Below, one piece after another: positions 35,169-42,852 of a stretch of DNA of 64,000 nucleotides. A program made the translations under genes and the position numbers. Origin of the DNA: Alphaproteobacteria bacterium. Lineage in GTDB: Bacteria > Pseudomonadota > Alphaproteobacteria > UBA828. Numbering within the stretch: position 1 is the stretch's first letter; each line of letters opens with the position of its first letter. The notes below the pieces were generated by a model. That model saw nothing but the letters and a program-made list of their open reading frames with translations, was not told the DNA's origin and did not search any database. The stretch spans positions 224,001-288,000 of the forward strand of contig OZ243972.1 of assembly GCA_965214705.1 (NCBI GenBank), given 5' to 3'.

Positions 35169-37451
35169 ATGGCAGAGATTCACCTGGCGGGCTACTGCGA
35201 CCGCTTCAGCGCACGGCCGGGCGAGCGGCTCGACATCATGGTGAACGCCGAGGGCACGGACCGGGTCGAGCTTCAGCTGGTGCGCCTGATCCACGGCGAC
35301 GAGAACCCGGAGGGGCCCGGCTTCGTCGAGCGCGAGGTGGATGCGCCGGTGAACGGAACGCACGCCGTGGCTAAGCAACACACGCAGCTCGGGAGCTTCG
35401 TCCGCGTCGCGGACCCGGATGGCCGGCTTGCCACGAGCGGTCCCTTCACCCTCTGGGCCTACATCTGGCCCCGGACGCCTGACGATGGCCGCCAGGGCAT
35501 CCTCACCCGCTGGTCCATCGCCGACGGTCGTGGCTACGCGCTCAGCATCGCAGAGAGCGGTGCGCTCGAGTTCCAGTTGGGCAACGGCGACATCACGGGA
35601 GTGCTCGAGGCCGACATTCCGCTGATCGCGCGCCAGTGGTACCTGGTCGCCGCCTCCTACGACCCGGCGAGCGGCGAGGCCACGCTCTATCAGGAGCCCA
35701 TCGAGAACCGCTACAACAACCTCCTCTCCAAGATCGTGCCGCTGCCGCGCTCCTGCCACCTGAGCGCGCGGCTCGAAGTGAACCCCGCTGCGGCGGACGC
35801 TGACTTTTTCTGGGCGGCGACCCAAGACCGTTTCGGGGAGCGGGGCGCCTTCGCGAGCCAGCTCTACAACGGCAAGATCGACCGCGCGGGCGTCGCCGGT
35901 GCGGTGCTAAGCCGAGAGACACTCGACCGCGCACGGGAGGCCGGCGGCGCGCCGGCAACCGACGCGGTCATCGCGGCCTGGGACACCACGGCCGGCTACA
36001 GCGAGACCGGCATCGGCGACACGGTGGTCGACACCGGCCCCCACGGACTCCACGGCCAGGGCGTCAACCGGCCGGTGCGGGGCATGACCGGCTTCAACTG
36101 GAGCGGCCACGAGGATTGCTTCCGTTACGCGCCTCATCAGTTCGGCGGCATCGAGTTCCACGAGGATGCGCTGGCCGACTGCGGCTGGCAGCCCACCGTC
36201 TCCATGGAGGTGCCGGACGTGAAGAGCGGCGTCTACGCCGCGAGGCTCCGGGCGGGCGATGCGGAGGAGCACGTGGTCTTCTTCCTGCGGCCGAAGGAGC
36301 CCTCGGCGCCCATCGCGATGCTGATGCCCACCTGCAGCTACCTCGCCTACGCCAACGAGCGCATCGGCCTCGACACCGGCATGGCCCAGGTGCTGAGCAG
36401 CCAGGTGACGGTGATCCACGAATGGGACCTGGAGCTGCGCCAGCGGCGGGAATACGGCCTCTCCTGCTACGACAGCCACCGGGACGGCGCGGGCGTCTGC
36501 TACACCACCCGACTGCGGCCGATCTTCAACATGCGGCCCAAGCACCGCATGGCGCCCACGGTCGTGCCCTGGCAGTTCCCGGCCGACCTCTCGGTCATCT
36601 ACTGGCTCGAGACCATGGGCTACGACTACGACGTGATCACCGACGAGGACCTGCACCAGGAGGGCCTAGCCTGCCTCGAGCCCTACAACGTCGTCATCAA
36701 CGCCACCCATGCCGAGTACTACTCCGAGGCCATGATGGACGCGACCGAGGACTATCTCGCGTCCGGCGGCCGGCTCATGTACCTCTCCGGCAACGGCTAT
36801 TACTGGGTGGTCTCCTTCTGCGCAGGCGACATGGACGTGATGGAGGTCCGCCGCCTCGACTTGGGCACGCGGTCCTGGAACGCCGAGCCCGGCGAGCACT
36901 ACATGGTCAGCAACGGGGAGCGCGGCGGCCTCTGGCGCGGGCGCGGGAGGGCGCCCCAAAAACTCGTGGGCACCGGCTTCACCTCCGAGGGCATGGACGA
37001 ATCCAAGCCCTACCGCAAGATGCCGGATGCCGAGAACCCCGCCGCCGCCTGGATCTTCGAGGGCATCGACGGCGACATCATCGGCGATGAGGGGCTGGCC
37101 GTGGGCGGCGCCGCCGGCATCGAGTTCGACCGCTACGACCTGGCGCTCGGCACGCCGCCCCACACGCTGATCCTCGCCTCATCCGAGGGCCATTCGGACA
37201 ACTTCCCCCTGGTGGTGGAGGACATCCTCTGCAACTACCCCGGCATGGGCGGCACGCAGGATCATCGCATCCGCGCGGACATGACCTACTTCACGGCGCC
37301 GAACGAGGGCGCGGTGTGGTCCGCAAGCTCCATCGCCTGGGGCCAGGCGCTCCCCATCAACGGCTGCGACAACAGCGCATCGAAGGTGACCGCCAACGTC
37401 CTGAACGCGTTCATGAAGCCCGGCCCGTTGCCTGGGGGTGGAACGGGGTGA
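35169..37451 (+). CDS. dmfA2: N,N-dimethylformamidase large (beta) subunit homologue
   Basis: GYCDRFSARPGE start, LamG-like insert, SYLAYANE, YGLSCYDSHRDG, HAEYYS, YLSGNGYYW, GGAAGIEFDR. Confidence 0.85.
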   Translation: MAEIHLAGYCDRFSARPGERLDIMVNAEGTDRVELQLVRLIHGDENPEGPGFVEREVDAPVNGTHAVAKQHTQLGSFVRVADPDGRLATSGPFTLWAYIWPRTPDDGRQGILTRWSIADGRGYALSIAESGALEFQLGNGDITGVLEADIPLIARQWYLVAASYDPASGEATLYQEPIENRYNNLLSKIVPLPRSCHLSARLEVNPAAADADFFWAATQDRFGERGAFASQLYNGKIDRAGVAGAVLSRETLDRAREAGGAPATDAVIAAWDTTAGYSETGIGDTVVDTGPHGLHGQGVNRPVRGMTGFNWSGHEDCFRYAPHQFGGIEFHEDALADCGWQPTVSMEVPDVKSGVYAARLRAGDAEEHVVFFLRPKEPSAPIAMLMPTCSYLAYANERIGLDTGMAQVLSSQVTVIHEWDLELRQRREYGLSCYDSHRDGAGVCYTTRLRPIFNMRPKHRMAPTVVPWQFPADLSVIYWLETMGYDYDVITDEDLHQEGLACLEPYNVVINATHAEYYSEAMMDATEDYLASGGRLMYLSGNGYYWVVSFCAGDMDVMEVRRLDLGTRSWNAEPGEHYMVSNGERGGLWRGRGRAPQKLVGTGFTSEGMDESKPYRKMPDAENPAAAWIFEGIDGDIIGDEGLAVGGAAGIEFDRYDLALGTPPHTLILASSEGHSDNFPLVVEDILCNYPGMGGTQDHRIRADMTYFTAPNEGAVWSASSIAWGQALPINGCDNSASKVTANVLNAFMKPGPLPGGGTG

Positions 37452-37496
37452 GCTCGCGCCTTTCCCACTTCATTTGACTAGCGTCGGCCGTCATAC

Positions 37497-37527
37497 TTGA
37501 CATTAGTGCCCCATTGGGGCATATATC
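37497..37527 (+). promoter_or_regulatory. Toxin-antitoxin promoter with palindromic operator
   Basis: TTGACA (37497-37502), perfect IR TGCCCCA-T-TGGGGCA (37507-37521), AT-rich -10-like CATATATC just before the ATG at 37532. Confidence 0.65.
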
Positions 37528-37531
37528 TTTC

Positions 37532-37870
37532 ATGCGGACGGTGGTCGAAACTCCGACATTCTCCCGCCAGGCCGACAAACTATTCAACGAAGATGACAAG
37601 CGCGAACTTATTGACCTCCTTGCGGTGAGCCCATTGGCAGGAGACGAGATTCCGGGGACGGGCGGCGTTCGAAAGCTGCGGTTTGCAGCCTCAGGGCGTG
37701 GCAAGCGCGGTGGCGCGCGGGTGATCTACTACTATCTTGATGACGCGATACCGGTCTACGCGCTGCTCGCCTACGCAAAGGCCGCGAAGACAGATTTGAC
37801 GTCGAAAGAACGGCGCGCGGTCACGACCATCGCGGCTCAACTCAAAGCGGCAAGAAAGGGCATGAGATGA
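37532..37870 (+). CDS. higB: RelE/HigB-family toxin
   Basis: MRTVVETPTF...GDEIPGTGGVRKLR...GKRGGARVIYYY...YAKAAKTDL. Confidence 0.88.
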   Translation: MRTVVETPTFSRQADKLFNEDDKRELIDLLAVSPLAGDEIPGTGGVRKLRFAASGRGKRGGARVIYYYLDDAIPVYALLAYAKAAKTDLTSKERRAVTTIAAQLKAARKGMR

Positions 37871-38145
37871 GCACGTTTGGTGACGATCTGATCCAGTCCC
37901 TCAAGGAAGCCGTAGCCCACGCAAAGGGCGAAGGCCCCGGTATCGTGCATGAGCCCGTTAGCCCGCGCACAGTGCGCGAACAGGCGAAGCTCACCCAGGC
38001 ACAAATGGCGCCCCTGATGGGTATGAGCCTCTCCGGCTACCGAAAATGGGAGCAGGGAGCGCGCAGGATAAGCGGCCCGGCGGCCACGCTCTTGCGCGTA
38101 ATTGAGAGGGAGCCGGAAGCCGTCAAGCGCGCGCTGTCGAACTGA
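37867..38145 (+). CDS. higA: XRE-family HTH antitoxin
   Basis: LTQAQMAPLMGMSLSGYRKWEQG...SGPAATLLRVI; ATGA overlap with the toxin, toxin-first order. Confidence 0.85.
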   Translation: MSTFGDDLIQSLKEAVAHAKGEGPGIVHEPVSPRTVREQAKLTQAQMAPLMGMSLSGYRKWEQGARRISGPAATLLRVIEREPEAVKRALSN

Positions 38146-38196
38146 CGGATTTTGCGAGCGAAAAGGTGGGTTACGGAATCGGCTGACGCCCGCCCA

Positions 38197-39873
38197 TCAC
38201 CTGCTCCCCGCCCTTCCTTCGCCCAAACGTCTCAGGGCCTCGTTCATCAGGATCACCGGGCCGGTGCCGGCGAGCACGATGAGGAGTGCCGGCACCGCCG
38301 CCTGCTCCAGGAGCTCGTCCTTGGCGAACTGGTAGAGGTGGGTCGCGAGCGTATCGAAGCCGAAGGGGCGGAGCAGGAGCGTCATCGGCAGCTCCTTCAT
38401 CACGTCGACGAACACCAGGAGCCCGCCGGCGAGGAACGAGGTGCCGAGCAATGGCAGGATCACGCGGAAGATATTGGCCGGCAGGCTCAGGCCCAGAACC
38501 CGGCCGGCCGACACCGTATTGGGCGGCAGGCGGTTCATGCCCGACGTCAGCGCGCCGTAGCCGATCGCCTGGAAGCGCACCATGCAGGCGAACAGCACGA
38601 GCCCGATCCCGCCGGTAAGGAAACCATCGAACGAAAGCCCCATCACGCCCGAAATCAGGCCGTCGAGCCCGCGATCCACCGCGCCGGCGAAGGTGACAAC
38701 GCCGATGGCGAGGATCGTGCCGGGGAAGGCGTAGCCGGAGGACGCGATACCGGCCAGCGCCGTGAGCGGGCGGCTCGGCCGGTAGGCGACGGTTACCACC
38801 ATCAGCGCCGCAGCCGCCATCACCAGAGCCGCCACGGCGAGCGCCACAACCACCGAGTTGAGCGTGACCGTCAGCACGCCGCCGTAATCAGGCAGCGCGT
38901 AACCCTTGACCACGAAGCTGAGAAGCACGCCCACGGGAATGAGAAATCCCACCGTCACCGGCAGCAAGCACGCGGCGAGGCAGGCTGCCGCCTGCGCCGG
39001 CCCAGCGCGCAGCCGCGCGAGGCTCCGCATGCGTCGGCCGGTGTCCACGTAGCGCCGGCGGCGACGTGACATCAACTCCAGCACCAGCATCGCGATGACG
39101 AAGAGGAAGCCCAGCGAGGCGATCTGCGCGGCCGCCGGCAGGCTGTTCATGCCGAGCCAGACGTTGAAGATGCCGAGCGTCAGCGTCTCCAGCGCGAAGT
39201 AGTCCACGGTGCCGAAGTCGGAGACCGTCTCCATCAGCACGAGCGCGAGGCCAGCGGCGATGGCGGGCCTGGCCAGCGGCAGGCCGACAGTGCGGAAGAG
39301 GCCGCGGTCGTGTACCCGCGCGATCTCGAAGAGCGTGTGCGGCGTCAGTTTGAAGGCCGTCCGCGCCATCATGTAGACGTAGGGGTAGAGCACCGCCCCC
39401 ATCACCACGATAGCGCCGCCCATGGAGCGAATCTCGGGGAACCAGTAGTCCCGCCGCGTCTGCCAGCCGAAGGCATCGCGCAACGCGCCCTGCACCGGCC
39501 CGGCATAGTCGAGGAAGTCGGTGTAGACGTAGGCGATGAGGTAGGCCGGCACGGCGAAGGGCAGCACCAGCATCCATTCGAACACCCGGCGGCCGGGAAA
39601 TTCGTAGCGCGTCACCACCCAGGCGGTGCTCACCCCCAGCACCAGGCTGAGCCCGCCCACGCCTGCCATCAGCGCAATCGTGTTCGCGACATAGCGGGGC
39701 AGTACCGTTGAGAAGAGGTGCGCCCAGAGCCCGCCGCTATCCCCGGTCGCGGCAGCGAGCACCGAGAGGATCGGCGCCGCCATGATCAGCGCGACCACGA
39801 GCGCAGCAACGAACCAACGATTCGGCCGGGCGAGGTAAGCCCGGCGCGCCAGCGTAGCCGTAGGGCTTACCAC
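38197..39873 (-). CDS. fbpB: Fe(III) ABC transporter permease
   Basis: Duplicated permease with FPGRR, PAYLIAYVY, LARPAI, DFGTV, KELPMTLLLRP; GTG start overlaps the fbpA stop. Confidence 0.88.
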   Translation of the reverse strand: MVSPTATLARRAYLARPNRWFVAALVVALIMAAPILSVLAAATGDSGGLWAHLFSTVLPRYVANTIALMAGVGGLSLVLGVSTAWVVTRYEFPGRRVFEWMLVLPFAVPAYLIAYVYTDFLDYAGPVQGALRDAFGWQTRRDYWFPEIRSMGGAIVVMGAVLYPYVYMMARTAFKLTPHTLFEIARVHDRGLFRTVGLPLARPAIAAGLALVLMETVSDFGTVDYFALETLTLGIFNVWLGMNSLPAAAQIASLGFLFVIAMLVLELMSRRRRRYVDTGRRMRSLARLRAGPAQAAACLAACLLPVTVGFLIPVGVLLSFVVKGYALPDYGGVLTVTLNSVVVALAVAALVMAAAALMVVTVAYRPSRPLTALAGIASSGYAFPGTILAIGVVTFAGAVDRGLDGLISGVMGLSFDGFLTGGIGLVLFACMVRFQAIGYGALTSGMNRLPPNTVSAGRVLGLSLPANIFRVILPLLGTSFLAGGLLVFVDVMKELPMTLLLRPFGFDTLATHLYQFAKDELLEQAAVPALLIVLAGTGPVILMNEALRRLGEGRAGSR

Positions 39874-40979
39874 CCGGTGCGGTCGATCACGCGTTGAGCA
39901 GCGGGTGCGAGTTCGGCAATGCGCACGATCGGCAGCGCGTCTTCCTTGAACGTGCCCCAGGCACGAACCGCCGGGGCGGCCTCGACGGCGAGATTCACGG
40001 GAAACTCGAAGTTGACGGTGCCGTAGAGCTCCTGTGCGTCCCTCTTGGTCAGGAATTCGAGGAACGCCACCGCCGTCTCCTTGTTCTTCGAGTGCTTGGC
40101 AACACCGCCGCCGGAGATGTTGATGTGCGTGCCACGGTCGTCCTGATTGGGAAAGATCATGGTCATGGACGCGGCCCACTCCCGCTGCGCCTCGATGTCC
40201 GAGGACGAGAGCTTGCCGTAATAATAGCTGTTAATCAGGGCGACGTCGCAGAGGCCCTCGTAGATTGCCTTGACCTGCGCCCGGTCGTTGCCTTGCGGCC
40301 TGCGAGCGAGGTTGGCCACGAGGCCAGTGGCCCACTCCTCCGCGCCTTCTTCCCCATGAGCGGCGATCATCGAGGCCATCATGGCCCTGTTGTAGACGTG
40401 GCTGCCGGGCCGCGAACAGACGAGCCCGGCCCATTCGGGGTCCGCCAGGTCTTCGTAGGTCGCGATCGCACCGGGTTCCACGCGACCCTTGGAGACCGCG
40501 ATCACCCGCGCCCGCTTGGACAGCGCAAACCAGCGCCCGCCGGGATCGCGCAGATGGGCCGGCACCGCCTCGGTCAGCACCGCGGACTCGACCGGCGCTA
40601 GCAGGTCCTTGTCCGCATAGATGGCGAGGCGCCCGATATCCACCGTCAGCACCACGTCGGCCGGGCTGTTCTTGCCCTCGGCCTGGAGCCGCTGGGCGAG
40701 ACCCTTGGAGGCGTAGACCACGTTGACCTTCACCCCGGTCTCGGCGGTGAAGGCCTCCAGAAAGGGCTCGATCAGGAAGGGCTGACGGTGGGAATAGAGG
40801 TTGAGCTCGTCCGCCGCCTGCGCGCCGTCAGCGGCCCAGGCGAGGCCGACAAGGCCTGCGAGCATTCCCAACAAACCGACGCGGGCCGGCGACCGCACTG
40901 CGGCCCCGACGCGCGCCAGCCTCCCACGCACCGCGCGGGCCGTGCGCTCGCCAGGAGCAGCGACCGCAATCCCACGCAT
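39867..40979 (-). CDS. fbpA: Fe(III) ABC substrate-binding protein (FbpA/FutA)
   Basis: LYSHRQ, SPADVVLTVD, HVYN, GNDRAQVKAI, INSYYYG (tandem Tyr ligands), HINISG; GGAGG before ATG 40979. Confidence 0.9.
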   Translation of the reverse strand: MRGIAVAAPGERTARAVRGRLARVGAAVRSPARVGLLGMLAGLVGLAWAADGAQAADELNLYSHRQPFLIEPFLEAFTAETGVKVNVVYASKGLAQRLQAEGKNSPADVVLTVDIGRLAIYADKDLLAPVESAVLTEAVPAHLRDPGGRWFALSKRARVIAVSKGRVEPGAIATYEDLADPEWAGLVCSRPGSHVYNRAMMASMIAAHGEEGAEEWATGLVANLARRPQGNDRAQVKAIYEGLCDVALINSYYYGKLSSSDIEAQREWAASMTMIFPNQDDRGTHINISGGGVAKHSKNKETAVAFLEFLTKRDAQELYGTVNFEFPVNLAVEAAPAVRAWGTFKEDALPIVRIAELAPAAQRVIDRTGW

Positions 40980-41009
40980 GGGCGTGCCTCCCTGTGGATC
41001 CATGCTGCA

Positions 41010-41028
41010 AACGCAAACGAGTTGCATG
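41010..41028. promoter_or_regulatory. Candidate Fur-type iron box upstream of fbpA
   Basis: AACGCAAACGAGTTGCATG, an imperfect 9-1-9 palindrome resembling AATGCAAATCATTTGCATT, about 30 bp upstream of the start. Confidence 0.5.
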
Positions 41029-41378
41029 CGCATCGTAATCCGCCGCTCACCCCCTGACAACCCGGTTTGGACCAGTCCCGTACTTCGCGAGACGTCCCGA
41101 GTGCGCGGTCCACGCGGGGTGTGGAGAGTGAGATGGACCGGGCCGCTAGGCCCGGACGGCGCGACTGCGCCGCGCGCGTAGCGCGTAGACTAACGAGTGA
41201 TTGTATCGTTAGGCATGTTCGAAAGGACATAAGGTGACATTTTGTGGTATATTGCAATGGTTTAGGAGAACACTGCGAAGCATTTCACCTTTTCGAGGCG
41301 ACATGAGATGCCTTTCGGTTCCTTTCGCGTGTTGGGCTATGTGTTGACAGATGGCTGCCTCCATGATCCAATGACGCC

Positions 41379-42665
41379 ATGAAGACGAAGCTCGGAAAAC
41401 GCGTCGCCAAGACCAAGATTACCATCACCAAGCGCGCCGTCGACGCCCTCAAGCCCACCGACAAGCCCTGGATCGCATGGGATGACAGGCTCACAGGCTT
41501 CGGCGTCAGGGTGCACCCCACCGGCGCCAAGTCCTTCATCGTCAACTACCGTGCGGGCGACGGCGGCAGGAAAGCGCCGAACAAGCAGGTCGTGCTGGGC
41601 CGCTATGGCAAGATCGCGCCCGATCAGGCCAGGCGCCTGGCGCAGACCACACTCGGCAAGGTGGCCAGCGGCGAGGACCCGGCTGAGGAACGTGCGCAGG
41701 CGCGTGGGATGCCGACCCTGGCGGATGCGCTCAAGGACTACTTGGGTGCCAATCCCAACCGCTCCGAGAGCACCAACAAGCTCTACCGCTACGAGGCCGA
41801 GCGCTATCTCGGTGACTGGCTCAGCCGCCCACTCGATTCCATCACGCGGCGCGAGGTGGAGGCCCGCTTCAACCGTATTACCGTGGACCACGGCTGGTCA
41901 CCGGCCAACCACGCGATGTCTCTGCTGCGTTCCGTCTACCGCCGTCCCTGCGTCGATCTCGAAGGTCTGCGCAACCCGGTCGACCTCTGGCTTGTCGCAG
42001 GCGGGAAGTTCCATCGCAAGACGCGACGCAAGATCTCCACGCCCGCCGAGGTGCTGCCCTGTTGGCGAACCGGCATCGAGGCCGAGGTCAAGATGCCGGC
42101 CATGAGTGACGCGCTGTGGTTCGGGCTTTACACCGGCATGCGGCTGAGAGAAGTCCTGACACTGCGCTGGGAGCGAGTAGACATGGCGTCGCTCACCTTC
42201 CGCGTCGAGCAGACCAAGACCGGCGTCCCTCTCGAGCTTCCGATCACCCGGCAACTGCAACTCATCCTCGAGAGGCGTCGGGCGGCGAGGGCGGCGGTGC
42301 CGGGCACCGTCCAGGACTGGGTGTTCCCCTCTCCGGCCAGCAAGTCCGGGCACGTCGAGGATCCGCACTATCTCTACCCGCGCATCACGAAGACGGGCGG
42401 TGCGAAGTTCTGGTTCCATGCGTTCCGCAACTGCTTCATCACGGTGGCCGAACGGGACTTGATGCTTCCCTCGCCGTTGACCAAGCGCCTTGTGAACCAC
42501 GCCAGACCCAACGACGTGACGGAGGGCTATGCTGCGGACTGGACGATCGCCCAGCTCCGAGAGCCGGCTCAAAGGGTTGCCGATCGGATTGAGGCGCTGA
42601 TGGGCACCGCGCCGGAGGTCACCGCCGAACAGGATGATATTCAGGTCGGCGCCGGGTCTGGCTGA
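41379..42665 (+). CDS. Phage/island tyrosine integrase with arm-binding domain
   Basis: WDDRLTGFGVRV...KSFIVNYR arm domain; catalytic set TGMR, TK, HAFR, NH, EGY all present. Confidence 0.92.
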   Translation: MKTKLGKRVAKTKITITKRAVDALKPTDKPWIAWDDRLTGFGVRVHPTGAKSFIVNYRAGDGGRKAPNKQVVLGRYGKIAPDQARRLAQTTLGKVASGEDPAEERAQARGMPTLADALKDYLGANPNRSESTNKLYRYEAERYLGDWLSRPLDSITRREVEARFNRITVDHGWSPANHAMSLLRSVYRRPCVDLEGLRNPVDLWLVAGGKFHRKTRRKISTPAEVLPCWRTGIEAEVKMPAMSDALWFGLYTGMRLREVLTLRWERVDMASLTFRVEQTKTGVPLELPITRQLQLILERRRAARAAVPGTVQDWVFPSPASKSGHVEDPHYLYPRITKTGGAKFWFHAFRNCFITVAERDLMLPSPLTKRLVNHARPNDVTEGYAADWTIAQLREPAQRVADRIEALMGTAPEVTAEQDDIQVGAGSG

Positions 42666-42852
42666 GACGAGGCACGGCGACGGTTTCGACCGAGAAGCGT
42701 TGACCGAGAGAGGCAAGCATCACGAGAGGGCCGGAGGCATTTCGCATCGGGTTGCGGCGTTCGGGCGGCAATGACGGCCTGGCGAGGACGAACGATGACA
42801 GTCGAACTCGATCTGCGCGAAGACACTGCCATCTTCCGTTACCCATCGGGAT

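Noticed and set aside
79-37163. Many long ORFs antisense to or overlapping the called genes (e.g. 79-1308, 2576-4957, 5053-7356, 19694-21673, 23770-25860, 27733-29997)
   Set aside because: Shadow frames typical of high-GC coding DNA; no motifs, and each overlaps a gene with clear family signatures
38197-40179. 660-aa permease with a long N-terminal extension
   Set aside because: The extension is an alternative frame of fbpA; start trimmed to 39873
41040-41290. tRNA or tmRNA integration target upstream of the integrase
   Set aside because: No cloverleaf, T-loop consensus or CCA end recognisable on either strand
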